Shown here: positions 39,206-50,182 of the stretch, one piece after another
Layout of the letters: each line of letters starts with the position of its first letter
How positions within the stretch are numbered: position 1 is the stretch's first letter
NCBI GenBank assembly: GCA_030647905.1
Contig: JAUSJA010000037.1
Location: 12,030 to 76,029 of the forward strand
Direction of reading: 5' to 3'
Source: Gemmatimonadaceae bacterium
Lineage (GTDB): Bacteria > Gemmatimonadota > Gemmatimonadetes > Gemmatimonadales > Gemmatimonadaceae
DNA: 64,000 nt
The notes under the pieces: generated by a model
Databases searched by the model: none
What the model was told of the DNA's origin: nothing
Seen by the model: only the letters and a program-made list of their open reading frames with translations
Program-made: the position numbers and the translations under genes

Positions 39206-40485
39206 TCGCTCCGATCGCGCTTCTTCAGATCGCCAACCCGCAGCTGCCGCCGCCGGGTACCGGCGTCTTCGTGATCTTCACGCTGATCAAGATGATCATC
39301 GTGTTCATTGTCTACATGATGAGCGCGGCGCTCCTGACTCTCGCCGAGCGCAAGATCTCGGCGTGGATTCAGGGTCGGCACGGGCCCAATCGTGTCGGCG
39401 GCCGCGGCGGATGGCTGCAGCCGGTGGCGGACGGTGTGAAGAACTTCATGAAGGAGGAGACGTATCCAACCGCGGCGTACAAGCCGCTGTTCATACTGGC
39501 TCCGGTGCTCGTGTTCATTCCAGCGATGACCACGGTCGCGGTGATCCCCTTCGGCGCGCCGCTCCCGACACGGTGGGGTCTGATCCCGATGGTCGTCGCC
39601 GACCTTCCGGTCGGATTCCTGTTCATCTTGGCGATCTCGTCGCTTGGCGTGTACGGAATCGTGCTTGCCGGCTGGGCGTCCAACAACAAGTACGCATTGC
39701 TCGGCGGGCTGCGGTCCAGCGCGCAGATGATCTCTTACGAGATCTCGATGGGCATGTCCACGATCCCGGTGCTGCTCCTCGCGGGCAACGTGACCCTGAG
39801 CTCGATCGTGACGCAGCAGGCGTACGGCGGATGGAACATCGTCAACCTGACTATCGCGTTCTTCATATTCATGGTCTCGGCATTCGCCGAGACGAACCGC
39901 CTTCCGTTCGATCTTCCGGAGGCGGAGACGGAACTGGTTGCCGGCTACCACACGGAATACAGCGCGATGAAGTTCGCGCTGTTCCCGATCTCCGAGTACT
40001 GCAACATGATCACGGCGAGCGCGCTGATGGCGACGCTCTTCTTCGGCGGGTTCGACGTGCCGTTCACCGGGCGCGACAACATCGGTCCGTACAGCGGATG
40101 GCTCACGTTGCTGTCCATCGTGATCTTCCTGCTCAAGACAGCCTTCTTCCTGTTCGTGTATATCTGGATCCGGTGGACGGTTCCGCGTTTCCGTTATGAC
40201 CAGCTCATGTCGCTGGGATGGCGCGTGATGCTGCCGCTGGCGCTCGCCTACATAATCATCATCGCGGCGGCGATCCTCATTCTCGATTCGGCGGGCATCA
40301 AGGAAGGAGCGATGTATGCGTCCATCCTTGGCGCAATAAACATGGCGCTCGTTGTCGTGCTGTTCGCGATTCTTGACCGGGGCAGGATACTGAGCCCGGC
40401 ATATGGCCGGGTGCAGGCGGAAAGGCTGGCGCGACTGCAGCGCATAAGCAGTCGTTCTCCCCTCGCGACAGGAGAATCCGAATAA
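39202..40485 (+). CDS. nuoH: NADH-quinone oxidoreductase subunit H
   Basis: ERKISAWIQGRHGPNRVG, QPVADGVK, NRLPFDLPEAETELVAGY, RFRYDQLM. Confidence 0.95.
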   Translation: MIAPIALLQIANPQLPPPGTGVFVIFTLIKMIIVFIVYMMSAALLTLAERKISAWIQGRHGPNRVGGRGGWLQPVADGVKNFMKEETYPTAAYKPLFILAPVLVFIPAMTTVAVIPFGAPLPTRWGLIPMVVADLPVGFLFILAISSLGVYGIVLAGWASNNKYALLGGLRSSAQMISYEISMGMSTIPVLLLAGNVTLSSIVTQQAYGGWNIVNLTIAFFIFMVSAFAETNRLPFDLPEAETELVAGYHTEYSAMKFALFPISEYCNMITASALMATLFFGGFDVPFTGRDNIGPYSGWLTLLSIVIFLLKTAFFLFVYIWIRWTVPRFRYDQLMSLGWRVMLPLALAYIIIIAAAILILDSAGIKEGAMYASILGAINMALVVVLFAILDRGRILSPAYGRVQAERLARLQRISSRSPLATGESE

Positions 40486-40979
40486 TGGCGATCGGCGTGA
40501 AAGTGCTGGATCGTAATATCGAGGACGTCAGCTACATCAGAGCCACGCTCAAGGGAATGGGGATGACCTTCAGGCACCTGCTGGAGCCCAAGGTCACGGT
40601 CCAGTACCCCGAGGTGAAGTGGCCGATGTCTCCGCGCTGGCGGGGAACGCACCGGATGCTCACGACCGAGACGGGACAGGCGAAGTGCGTGGCATGCGGC
40701 CTTTGTCCGACGGTGTGCCCGGCCAATTGCATCAAGCTCGTGCCCGGTGAGGACGAAAAGGGGAACCGCTATCCGCTGGTTTTCGAGATCGACGAATTCC
40801 GCTGCATCTTCTGCGGATACTGTCAGGAAGTCTGCCCTGAGGAGGCGATCCACGTCGGGCGGCACTACGAGAACTCGGAATACAGCCGCGCCGGCTTCGT
40901 CTACGATCTCGAGCGCCTGACGGCGCAGACGCATCCCGTGTGCGAGATGTGGGACCCCGACGATCCAAAGGGAGAATGA
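40485..40979 (+). CDS. nuoI: NADH-quinone oxidoreductase subunit I
   Basis: CVACGLCPTVCP and CIFCGYCQEVCP. Confidence 0.95.
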   Translation: MAIGVKVLDRNIEDVSYIRATLKGMGMTFRHLLEPKVTVQYPEVKWPMSPRWRGTHRMLTTETGQAKCVACGLCPTVCPANCIKLVPGEDEKGNRYPLVFEIDEFRCIFCGYCQEVCPEEAIHVGRHYENSEYSRAGFVYDLERLTAQTHPVCEMWDPDDPKGE

Positions 40980-41530
40980 TGCAGGAACATTATCCTCTCT
41001 TCTACACGTTCCATTTCTACTTCTTCGGCGTCGTGGCGATCGCTTCGGCGCTCACCTTCGTCACCAGGAAGAGTCCGGTTGCAGCGGCGCTGTGGCTGGT
41101 GAACACGATGTTCTCGCTGGCCGCGCTCTACATTCTGCTCGACGCCCAGTTCGTCGGCGTGATGCAGGTGCTCGTCTATGCCGGCGCGATCATGGTCGTG
41201 TTCCTGTTCGTAGTGATGCTCCTGAATCTCGGGCATCCCTCGGAAATCGCCGACGCTCGCGGAAAGTGGCCGGTGATGGTGGCGGCGCTGATCGGGCTCG
41301 GGCTCCTGGCGGAGCTGATGGCGATCTCGCGGACGCGGATCGCCGGTCGGTTCCAGGTACCGGCGGGCTTCGCCGTGGATCAGATGAAGAAGTATGGTGC
41401 GGTCGGATCTGTGGCGAGACCGCTCTTCAATGAATATCTGCTGGCGTTCGAGCTGACGAGCGTGCTGCTGCTCGTGGCGATCGCGGGCGCGGTGGTTCTC
41501 GGAAAGCGGAGGGACAGCGATGCTGGCTGA
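40976..41530 (+). CDS. nuoJ: NADH-quinone oxidoreductase subunit J
   Basis: [40 protein letters not shown]. Confidence 0.93.
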   Translation: MMQEHYPLFYTFHFYFFGVVAIASALTFVTRKSPVAAALWLVNTMFSLAALYILLDAQFVGVMQVLVYAGAIMVVFLFVVMLLNLGHPSEIADARGKWPVMVAALIGLGLLAELMAISRTRIAGRFQVPAGFAVDQMKKYGAVGSVARPLFNEYLLAFELTSVLLLVAIAGAVVLGKRRDSDAG

Positions 41531-41813
41531 GTCTCTTGCGCTCTCCGCGGTTCTGTTCACGATCGGCGTGGTCGGCGTGCTGATCCGCCGCAACGCGATC
41601 ATCATCTTCATGTGCGTCGAGCTGATGCTCAACGCCGTCAACCTGACGTTCATCGCCTTCTCCCGGTACTACGGCGCCGCGGGACAGGTATTCGTGGTGT
41701 TCGTGATGACCGTCGCGGCGGCTGAAGCGGCCGTCGGGCTGGCGATCATCATCTCGATCTTCCGCCACCGCCAATCGGTGAACCTGCAGAACATCAATCT
41801 CCTCAAAGGATGA
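41520..41813 (+). CDS. nuoK: NADH-quinone oxidoreductase subunit K
   Basis: [31 protein letters not shown]. Confidence 0.95.
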   Translation: MLAESLALSAVLFTIGVVGVLIRRNAIIIFMCVELMLNAVNLTFIAFSRYYGAAGQVFVVFVMTVAAAEAAVGLAIIISIFRHRQSVNLQNINLLKG

Positions 41814-43936
41814 TGCTACTCCAGATAGCAGCGGAAGCTCATCCGCTGACGGGTACCATCGCCGAATGGGTTTGGCTGCTGCCCGTGCTCCCGCTGCTCG
41901 GATTCGTGATCAACGGCGGAGTGTCGCTGCTGAGCGCAGCGACACGAGGCGCAGAGATCAGAGAGAGCGCAGAGAGCGCAGAGGTAGCGCCGCATCGCTA
42001 TGCGGCGATCTCCAGCATCATGGGGCCTCTCGTGCTGGTGCTCACGTTCGGGCTGGCGTTCGCCATCTTCTCGCAGATGCGGTCGGTGACGCTGGAAGCC
42101 CCGTTCATCCAGCGGTACTTCAGCTGGATGCCGGTTGGGAATCTCCAGATTGACGCCGCGCTGCAGCTCGATCAGCTGTCCATGGTGATGGTGCTGATCA
42201 TCACCGGTGTGGGGGCGCTGATTCACATCTTCAGCGTCGGCTACATGCGCGAAGATCCGGGTTACCCGCGTTACTTCGCGTATCTCAATCTGTTCGTGTT
42301 CTTCATGCTCGTGCTGGTCCTCGGCGCCAACTATCCCGTCCTGTTCGTCGGATGGGAAGGCGTCGGACTCTGCTCTTACCTCCTGATCGGCTTCTGGTTC
42401 TCCGACAAGGCGAATGCCGACGCCGGCAAGAAGGCGTTCATCGTCAACAGGATCGGAGACTTCGGGTTCCTGGTGGCGATGTTCCTGATGTTCGCGAATT
42501 TCGGGACGCTCGACTTCGCGGGCGTGAACGCCGCGGCCGCAACGCTGCCGCTCGGGACCGCGCTTCTCACCGCCATGTGCCTCTTCATGTTCCTCGGCTG
42601 CGCAGGCAAGAGCGCGCAGATCCCGTTATACGTGTGGCTGCCCGACGCGATGGCCGGTCCAACGCCTGTGTCCGCCCTGATCCATGCGGCCACTATGGTC
42701 ACGGCCGGCGTCTACCTGGTCGCGCGAAGCTCGGTGCTGTTCGCGCTCGCCCCTGTGGCGAGTCTGACAGTGGCGCTGGTGGGAGCGGTGACGGCCATCT
42801 TTGCGGCGACGATCGGCCTCAAGCAGTGGGACATCAAGAAGGTGCTGGCGTATTCGACCATATCGCAGCTCGGGTACATGTTCATCGGCGTCGGAGTGGG
42901 CGCGTACACCGCCGGCCTGTTCCACCTGATGACTCACTCCTTCTTCAAGGCGCTGCTGTTCCTCGGTGCGGGGTCGGTCATCTATTCGATTCACGCGGCT
43001 TATCACCACACGCACAACCATGACGACGCGCAGGACATGCGGAACATGGGCGGGATGAAGAAATACATGCCGGTCACCTGGGGCCTGATGTGGATCGCGA
43101 CGCTGGCCATATCCGGCATCCCGCCTTTCGCCGGCTTCTTTTCCAAGGACGAGATACTCGGCGCTGCGTTCGCGCGCGCGGGACACTCGACCCTCGCTGA
43201 ATCCAGCCTGCTCGGCGTCCCGGGAAGCACGATTCTTTATCTGGTGTACGTGCTCGGAGTCGCCTCCGCGCTTCTGACGGCGATCTACATGACGCGGATG
43301 ATGATCTATACGTTCCACGGGCCCAACCGGACCGGTGAGGCGGAGCGGTCGCATCTGCACGAGGCGCCGTGGGTAATGACGGGCCCGCTCGTCATCCTCG
43401 GCCTGCTGAGCCTTGCCGGCGGGTGGTTCAATCTTCCGGCGCTGATCCCGGCAGGCCCGGTCGGGGCGCTCGAGCACTGGCTGCATCCCGTTGTCGGCGC
43501 GTCCGAGGCGGCCGTCGCCGGCGCAGCGACTGAAGTGGTTCACGCAGGCACCGAGCTCGCGTTGATCGGCGTCGCCGTGCTCGTGGCGATCGCGGGCATG
43601 GTGTTCGCCGCGTTCCGGCTCAAGCCCGAGGGGCTCGTGCCGAAGTCGGAGGCGCCCGAGGAGCACGGCTTCGAGCGCATCCTCGCCAACAAGTATTTCG
43701 TGGACGAAGGTTACGATCGCGTGATCGTGAATCCGACGTATCAACTCTCGCGCAACGTGCTCTGGCGAGGCGTTGACGCGGGATTGATTGACGGACTGCT
43801 GGTCAATGGAAGCGCCGCCCTGGCGCGCGCATTCGGGTGGCTCGGATCGCGTCTTCAGAACGGCGCTGTCGGCACCTACGCATGGGTGCTCGTCGTCGGC
43901 GTTCTCGCGGTGCTCGGCGCCGTGACATTACGGTAA
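41810..43936 (+). CDS. nuoL: NADH-quinone oxidoreductase subunit L
   Basis: [59 protein letters not shown]. Confidence 0.96.
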   Translation: MMLLQIAAEAHPLTGTIAEWVWLLPVLPLLGFVINGGVSLLSAATRGAEIRESAESAEVAPHRYAAISSIMGPLVLVLTFGLAFAIFSQMRSVTLEAPFIQRYFSWMPVGNLQIDAALQLDQLSMVMVLIITGVGALIHIFSVGYMREDPGYPRYFAYLNLFVFFMLVLVLGANYPVLFVGWEGVGLCSYLLIGFWFSDKANADAGKKAFIVNRIGDFGFLVAMFLMFANFGTLDFAGVNAAAATLPLGTALLTAMCLFMFLGCAGKSAQIPLYVWLPDAMAGPTPVSALIHAATMVTAGVYLVARSSVLFALAPVASLTVALVGAVTAIFAATIGLKQWDIKKVLAYSTISQLGYMFIGVGVGAYTAGLFHLMTHSFFKALLFLGAGSVIYSIHAAYHHTHNHDDAQDMRNMGGMKKYMPVTWGLMWIATLAISGIPPFAGFFSKDEILGAAFARAGHSTLAESSLLGVPGSTILYLVYVLGVASALLTAIYMTRMMIYTFHGPNRTGEAERSHLHEAPWVMTGPLVILGLLSLAGGWFNLPALIPAGPVGALEHWLHPVVGASEAAVAGAATEVVHAGTELALIGVAVLVAIAGMVFAAFRLKPEGLVPKSEAPEEHGFERILANKYFVDEGYDRVIVNPTYQLSRNVLWRGVDAGLIDGLLVNGSAALARAFGWLGSRLQNGAVGTYAWVLVVGVLAVLGAVTLR
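41949..41984 (+). repeat. In-frame 9-mer tandem repeat inside nuoL
   Basis: GCGCAGAGA-TCAGAGAGA-GCGCAGAGA-GCGCAGAGG, within the stretch [13 protein letters not shown] in the loop after TM1. Confidence 0.75.
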
Positions 43937-43944
43937 TCCCGCAA

Positions 43945-45549
43945 ATGGAAGCTATTCTCCGATCAATCGGATACGACGCCTGGGTTCTGCCGGCGCTGCT
44001 GCTTATCCCGGTTGCGGGAGCGGCGCTGCTGCTTGCCATGACCCCGGGCGCGAGCGACGCCGAGGGTCTCGAGCGCTCCAACAGGTCGGCGCGCCTCATC
44101 GCGTTCGGCGTGCTGCTCGCCGAGTTCATCGTATCGGCGGGAATGTGGTGGACGTTCGATCCCTCGAATGCCGGCTGGCAGTCCGCCATTGATGCGGCGT
44201 GGATTCCGATGTGGGGTATCCGCTTCACGCTCGGCGTGGACGGCATCGCCCTCATGATGATCCTGCTCACGACCTTCATCATGCCGCTGTGCGTGCTCGG
44301 CAGCTGGACGAGCATCAAGACGAAGGTGCACGCCTACTTCGCGCTCATGCTGATACTCACGAGCGGAATGCTCGGCGTATTCATGGCGCGCGATCTCTTC
44401 CTGTTCTACGTGATGTGGGAAGTGATGCTTGTACCGATGTATTTCATCATCGGGATCTGGGGAGGCGAGCGCCGGATCTACGCGGCCATCAAGTTCTTCA
44501 TCTACACGATGCTGCCGTCGCTGCTCATGCTCGTCGCGATCCTGTACCTCGGCGTTCACGCCGGCGCGGGCGGCACGCCGAATTTCAGCTACGACAACCT
44601 GCTGGCGAATCCGTCCCTGGCGCCGAAGGCGGCGCTGTGGCTGTTCGGTGCGTTCTTCGCGGCGTTTGCCGTGAAGGTGCCGATGTTCCCGTTCCACACG
44701 TGGCTGCCTGATGCGCACGTCGAGGCGCCGACTGCCGGCTCGGTGATCCTTGCCGCCATCATGCTCAAGATGGGCACGTTCGGCTTCCTGCGATTCGCTC
44801 TGCCGCTTTTCCCGGGTGCAGCGATGAACCCGACAGTTCGCACGGTCATCGTCACGCTGGCCGTCATCGGGATCATCTACGGGGCGCTGGTGGCGATGGT
44901 GCAGCCGGACTTCAAGAAGCTCGTGGCGTATTCGTCGGTCAGCCATCTCGGCTTCGTGATGCTTGGAATCTTCGCGCTCACGCTGCAGAGCGTACAGGGC
45001 GCGCTGATGATCATGATCAATCACGGCATCTCGACCGGCGCCTTGTTCCTTCTCATCGGCATGATCTACGAGAGGAAGCATTCGCGCCAGATCGATTCGT
45101 ACGGAGGCATCGCCCGGGTTGTGCCGATATTCGCCGCACTTCTGACGCTCGTTTCGCTCAGCAGCATCGGGCTGCCGGGAACCAACGGATTCGTCGGGGA
45201 GTTCCTGGTGCTGGTCGGGTCTTTCAAGCCGTATCCGGTGTTCACGACCGTTGCGACTACCGGCGTGATCTTCGCCGCCTGTTACCTGCTGTGGGCGATC
45301 CAGCGAATCCTGTTCAACCCGCTCGACAAGAAGGAGAACGAGAACATCCCGGATCTCAACTGGCGCGAGATCTCCCTGATGGTGCCGCTCGTCGTGGTCA
45401 TAATCTGGCTTGGCGTGTATCCGGCGCCGGTGCTGCGGCGGATGGAGACCGCGGCCCAGTCGTTCGTCACGCACGTGGAGCAGGGCGCACGCGCGGCCCG
45501 GCAGGCAGGCGCGCCGGTCGTCGCGGAATCCGAAGGAGCCCGCCGATGA
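43945..45549 (+). CDS. nuoM: NADH-quinone oxidoreductase subunit M
   Basis: FYVMWEVMLVPMY, VKVPMFPFHTWLPDAHVEAPT, KKLVAYSSVSH, LPGTNGFVGE; ATG 43945. Confidence 0.96.
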   Translation: MEAILRSIGYDAWVLPALLLIPVAGAALLLAMTPGASDAEGLERSNRSARLIAFGVLLAEFIVSAGMWWTFDPSNAGWQSAIDAAWIPMWGIRFTLGVDGIALMMILLTTFIMPLCVLGSWTSIKTKVHAYFALMLILTSGMLGVFMARDLFLFYVMWEVMLVPMYFIIGIWGGERRIYAAIKFFIYTMLPSLLMLVAILYLGVHAGAGGTPNFSYDNLLANPSLAPKAALWLFGAFFAAFAVKVPMFPFHTWLPDAHVEAPTAGSVILAAIMLKMGTFGFLRFALPLFPGAAMNPTVRTVIVTLAVIGIIYGALVAMVQPDFKKLVAYSSVSHLGFVMLGIFALTLQSVQGALMIMINHGISTGALFLLIGMIYERKHSRQIDSYGGIARVVPIFAALLTLVSLSSIGLPGTNGFVGEFLVLVGSFKPYPVFTTVATTGVIFAACYLLWAIQRILFNPLDKKENENIPDLNWREISLMVPLVVVIIWLGVYPAPVLRRMETAAQSFVTHVEQGARAARQAGAPVVAESEGARR

Positions 45550-47075
45550 GCTTCGATCTTTCGATTCCCGGCCAGCTGATGACGGCCTTCGCGCCCGACA
45601 TCCTGCTCATGGGAGGCGCGATGGTCCTGCTGCTCTGGGCGGCATGGAAGCCGGAGAGCGATGCGCTTCAGCGGAACATCGGCGTCGCCAGCATCGTTCT
45701 TTGCGTGACGGTAATGGTGGCGATCGGCTACTACATGGCGCGCGCCGACACGACGATGCCCGGCATCATCGCGGTGGACAATTTTCGCTGGACCGCGGAC
45801 ATCATCTTCCTGCTTGCGACAATCGGCACGATCGCCCTCTCGATGGATTACAACGCGAGGGAAGGGATGAAGGCGGCGGAATCGCACGTGCTTCTCCTGT
45901 TCGCGACGTCAGGCATGATGACGCTGGCGGCGGCGCGCGATCTCATGATCGTATTCCTCGGCATCGAGATCATGTCCATCGCGGTATACGTGCTGGCGGG
46001 TCTCAACCGTCGCAGTGAAAAGTCGGCCGAAGGAGCGATCAAGTACTTCCTCCTCGGCGCGTTCTCCACCGGATTCCTGCTGTATGGAATCGCGCTGGTG
46101 TACGGCGCTACCGGGACAACCAACCTCACGCTGATCGGCGAGCGGGCGATGCAGGTGGGACTGAGCTCCAACGTGATGCTCGTCGTGGGGATCGCGCTGC
46201 TGCTCGTCGGCTTTGGCTTCAAGGTCGCGCTGGCGCCGTTCCACATGTGGGCGCCCGACGTGTATGAGGGAGCGCCGACGCCGATCACGGCGTACATGGC
46301 GGCGGCGGTAAAGGCTGCGGCGTTCGTCGGTTTCCTGCGAGTCTGGCTGGAGGCGTTTCCCGGCGTGGCGTCGAGCTGGCACGGGCCCGTCTGGTGGCTC
46401 GCCGTGGCCACGATGGCGGGCGGCAATCTCATCGCGCTCGCTCAGAAGAACATCAAGCGCATGCTGGCGTACTCCAGCATCGCGCACGCCGGCTACATCC
46501 TTGTCGCGGTCGCCAGCGCGACTACCGCCGCTACCGGGGCATTCATGTTCTATCTCCTGGCATACACACTGGCGACGTTCGGTGCCTTCGGCGTGATCGT
46601 CGCACTGGAGAGGACGGGTGGTACGCGGCTCAACATCGAAGATTACGCGGGCCTGTGGAGGGTGCGTCCATGGCTTGCGACGGCGATGGCCATCTTCATG
46701 CTCGCGCTGCTGGGCTTCCCGATCTTCGGCGGCGTCGGATTCTTCGCCAAGTACTGGATCATCCAGTCGGCGCTCCAGGCACCGGTACCGCAGACCAGGC
46801 TCGCCGTCATTCTCGTTCTCACGAGCGTCGTCTCGGCCGGCTACTATCTCAATGTGGTGATGGTAATGTTCATGCGGCCACGGGCCGACGACGCAGCCAC
46901 CGTCGCGCCTGTTTCCGGATGGACCCGATCGGTAATCGCGATAGCCGCGATTCTGATCCTCGTTCTGGGAGTTCTCCCGAACCCCGTCGCGCGGTGGACA
47001 CAGAGCAGCCGAATCGTCCCGCCAGTTGCCGCCGCGACGCCGCCCGGAGTGGTGCCAGCTTCGGTCGCGAGGTAG
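45546..47075 (+). CDS. nuoN: NADH-quinone oxidoreductase subunit N
   Basis: EGAIKYFLLG, FKVALAPFHMWAPDVYEGAPT, KRMLAYSSIAHAGY. Confidence 0.95.
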   Translation: MSFDLSIPGQLMTAFAPDILLMGGAMVLLLWAAWKPESDALQRNIGVASIVLCVTVMVAIGYYMARADTTMPGIIAVDNFRWTADIIFLLATIGTIALSMDYNAREGMKAAESHVLLLFATSGMMTLAAARDLMIVFLGIEIMSIAVYVLAGLNRRSEKSAEGAIKYFLLGAFSTGFLLYGIALVYGATGTTNLTLIGERAMQVGLSSNVMLVVGIALLLVGFGFKVALAPFHMWAPDVYEGAPTPITAYMAAAVKAAAFVGFLRVWLEAFPGVASSWHGPVWWLAVATMAGGNLIALAQKNIKRMLAYSSIAHAGYILVAVASATTAATGAFMFYLLAYTLATFGAFGVIVALERTGGTRLNIEDYAGLWRVRPWLATAMAIFMLALLGFPIFGGVGFFAKYWIIQSALQAPVPQTRLAVILVLTSVVSAGYYLNVVMVMFMRPRADDAATVAPVSGWTRSVIAIAAILILVLGVLPNPVARWTQSSRIVPPVAAATPPGVVPASVAR

Positions 47076-47079
47076 CCGG

Positions 47080-48444
47080 TTGCTGTCCAGGAACATATTT
47101 CGAGAGTACGACATCCGTGGCGTGACGGGAGTGGACCTCACGCCGGACGTGGCGCGGGTGGTGGCGCGAGCATACGCCGCGTTTCTCGCCGGGTACGGAA
47201 TCACGGGGGAGATTGCAGTCGGCCGCGACAACAGGCCGAGCGGAAACGATCTTCACGCCGAGCTCGTCGCCGGACTTCTCGAGAGCGGTCTCGACGTCGT
47301 GGACATCGGAATTGTCCCGACACCGCTGGCATACTGGGCGCAGCACAACCTGAACGTCGCCGGCGGAATTCAGATTACCGGCTCGCACAACCCGCCCCAG
47401 TTCAACGGCTTCAAGCTTGGCCTCGGCAGGAACTCGGTCTACGGCGACGACATCCAGAAGATCTACGAGATCGCTGCCGGCGGGAAGTTTCCCTCGGGAA
47501 AGGGAGCGCTTCGCAGCGAAGAGATCGTGGATCGCTACGTGGAAGACGTGGGAAGCCGAATCGGAACGATCGCGCGGCCCATCAACTGCGTCGCTGACTG
47601 CGGAAACGGCGTTGGCGCCATCGTCGCCGGCAAGCTCTTCGATCGTATCGGAGTGCCGGCGCGCATCCTGTTCGGCGACAGCGATGGGACCTTCCCCAAC
47701 CACCATCCCGATCCTACGGTCCCGAAGAATCTCGAAGACCTGATCGCGGCGGTGAAGGAAGGGAAGTCGGAGCTCGGCATCGCGTTCGATGGCGACGCCG
47801 ACCGCATTGGAGTCGTGGACGAGGACGGCACGATCATCTGGGGCGATCAGCTTCTGATCATCTATGCCCGCGACGTTCTCTCGCGCACGGGGAAGGGCCA
47901 GTCCATAATCTTCGACGTGAAATGTTCGCAGGCTCTCCCTGAGGAAGTGGAGAAGGCGGGGGGCAAGCCCGTGATGTGGAAGACGGGGCACTCGCTGATC
48001 GAGGAGAAGATGCATGAGACCAATGCACCGATCGCGGGCGAGATGTCGGGTCACATGTTCTTCGCCGAAGGGTGGTACGGGTTCGACGACGCGTTGTACG
48101 GTGCGGCACGACTTCTTCGAATCGTGGCCGACACAGGAAAGAGCGTCCGCGAGATGATGGCCGACGTTCCAAGGTTCGTTTCCACTCCCGAGATCAGGGT
48201 GGACTGCGCCGACGACGCGAAGTTCGGCATCGTGGATGCGGCAAGAGCACATTTCGCCGCGGCGCACAACGTGATAGACGTTGACGGAGTACGGGTATTG
48301 TACGGCGACGGATGGGGACTCATCAGGGCATCCAACACGCAGCCGGTTCTCGTCATGCGCTTCGAGGCCCGCACGCAGGAGCATCTGGACTCCATCCGCT
48401 CGGAGATGGAAGGCTGGCTGCGCCAGCAGGGCGTCGCGGTCTGA
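47080..48444 (+). CDS. Phosphomannomutase/phosphoglucomutase
   Basis: IFREYDIRG, ITGSHNP, AFDGDADR, GEMSGH, RASNTQP; TTG start inferred. Confidence 0.93.
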   Translation: MLSRNIFREYDIRGVTGVDLTPDVARVVARAYAAFLAGYGITGEIAVGRDNRPSGNDLHAELVAGLLESGLDVVDIGIVPTPLAYWAQHNLNVAGGIQITGSHNPPQFNGFKLGLGRNSVYGDDIQKIYEIAAGGKFPSGKGALRSEEIVDRYVEDVGSRIGTIARPINCVADCGNGVGAIVAGKLFDRIGVPARILFGDSDGTFPNHHPDPTVPKNLEDLIAAVKEGKSELGIAFDGDADRIGVVDEDGTIIWGDQLLIIYARDVLSRTGKGQSIIFDVKCSQALPEEVEKAGGKPVMWKTGHSLIEEKMHETNAPIAGEMSGHMFFAEGWYGFDDALYGAARLLRIVADTGKSVREMMADVPRFVSTPEIRVDCADDAKFGIVDAARAHFAAAHNVIDVDGVRVLYGDGWGLIRASNTQPVLVMRFEARTQEHLDSIRSEMEGWLRQQGVAV

Positions 48445-48445
48445 C

Positions 48446-50182
48446 ATGACCACACGGCGGCGGCTCGCCTCAGGGTTCGTCGCTGCCGCGGCCGTTCTTC
48501 TCTTCGGGCGCGTTTCCGCGCTGCTGTATGCCGATCACGCGTGGTACGATGCGCTCGGAGCTGTGGCTTTGTGGCGCGAGCGCATCGGCGACATCGTCAC
48601 CATCCAGCTGTGCTTCGCGGTCTTTGCGGGCCTCTTCGCGTTGCTCAATCTATCCGCCATCCGCCGCAGTATCGTCTCACTGGCTTTCCCACGGCGACTG
48701 GGCAATGTCGAATTCGGCGAAGCCGTGCCGAGGAAGATCCTGGATCGCGCGGCGTTCGTGCTCGCTGCTGGCGTGGCTGCCCTGATGTCCCTCGCTGTGC
48801 CTTCGTGGGACAAGCTTGCGCTCGTCCGGGCGGGCGTCCGCTTCGGAGAGACCGATCCGTTCTTTCAGATGGACATCGGGTTCTACACCGCCTGGCTGCC
48901 GCTCGAGAGCGCGGCATACGTGTGGTGCCTCGCGCTGCTGATACTCGTGTCGGTGATAGTGACCGGTCTGTACGCTCTCACTCCAAGTCTTCGGTGGCAT
49001 CGCGGCGCTTTCCAGGTATCTGTGCGCGTGCGGCGTCACCTGTCGGTTCTCGCCAGCCTGTTCCTGCTCATGATGGCGTGGAGCTACCGGCTCGACGGAT
49101 ACGAGCTCCTGATAAAGGGAAGCGGACCCGACGGGATGTTCTCCTATGTGGATCATCAGTGGCTGATTCCCGCCTATCTCTCGCTATCGGTCGGAACTGT
49201 GGCGGCGGGAGCGCTCGTGATCGTGAGCGGATGGACCGGACAGCTTCGCGCGGGATTCTTCACCATCAGCGCAGTGCTGATATTCTCGGTGGCGCTGGAT
49301 CTCATTCTTCCGTCCGTGGTCCGGCGATTCGCCGGCACCACCGCCATCGCCGCCAGGGAACGTCCGTACGTCGCCACACGCGCCGCTTTCACCGCGCGGG
49401 CGTATGGTCTGCCGAGAAATGCTCCGCAACCGCCCCCGCATGAAGTCACGCGATTCGCTGCGTTCGCTGACTCCGCGCGCATCGCGAAGGTCATGTCGTC
49501 GGCGAAGGACAGCGCGCTCGTCTACCCAGGAGCAGTGGGAGCGGCTCTCGTGCTGCACGGCCGGCAAGTCGCCGCACCGCTGCTCGGAACCGGACTCCGC
49601 CGGCTTGCGCTGGCGTGGTCCGAGCAGCGACTCGACCTCGCGTGGAGCACGTTGCCCGAGAATGCCCGCCTCGCGCGCAATCGAGACGTGCGACGTCGTG
49701 TGCGGTCACTGATGCCTGTATTCACTCAGGGAAGCGGTGTCGTTCCAGGCTATATCGGGGACACTCTCGTCTGGATCGCCGAGCTGTACTCGGCGTCCGC
49801 GAGCTACCCCTTGAGCCGCCATTACCCGCTCGCCGGCGAGGAGCGGTCCTACTTCAGGCACAGCGGTACAGCTCTCGTCAACTCGGCGACGGGCCGCGTC
49901 ACGGTCGTCCCGTCGAGCTCGCCGGATCCGACAGCCGTCGCCTGGCGGGCGCGTTTCCCCGCCAACATACGTCCGGGCGGGCCGGATCTGCTCGATGAGC
50001 TGACGTCGGGGCCACGACAGACAGAGTCCGCATCACCGGGGTCGGCGAGCCCGGCGAGCGACGCCGCATTCCGCACCGAGGTGCGCCGTCTCTTTGCCCG
50101 GATGCGCTCGGCACTTTCGGCGGGAGACCTCATGGCATTCGCCGCGGCATACGACTCGCTCGGCATCATTGTCGGACGATGA
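48446..50182 (+). CDS. UPF0182-family membrane protein (short, ~578 aa)
   Basis: YADHAWYDALG, FGETDPFFQMDIGFYTAWLP, RERPYVA…TRAAF, YSASASYPLS…SYFRHS, ALSAGDLMAFAAAYDSLG. Confidence 0.75.
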   Translation: MTTRRRLASGFVAAAAVLLFGRVSALLYADHAWYDALGAVALWRERIGDIVTIQLCFAVFAGLFALLNLSAIRRSIVSLAFPRRLGNVEFGEAVPRKILDRAAFVLAAGVAALMSLAVPSWDKLALVRAGVRFGETDPFFQMDIGFYTAWLPLESAAYVWCLALLILVSVIVTGLYALTPSLRWHRGAFQVSVRVRRHLSVLASLFLLMMAWSYRLDGYELLIKGSGPDGMFSYVDHQWLIPAYLSLSVGTVAAGALVIVSGWTGQLRAGFFTISAVLIFSVALDLILPSVVRRFAGTTAIAARERPYVATRAAFTARAYGLPRNAPQPPPHEVTRFAAFADSARIAKVMSSAKDSALVYPGAVGAALVLHGRQVAAPLLGTGLRRLALAWSEQRLDLAWSTLPENARLARNRDVRRRVRSLMPVFTQGSGVVPGYIGDTLVWIAELYSASASYPLSRHYPLAGEERSYFRHSGTALVNSATGRVTVVPSSSPDPTAVAWRARFPANIRPGGPDLLDELTSGPRQTESASPGSASPASDAAFRTEVRRLFARMRSALSAGDLMAFAAAYDSLGIIVGR

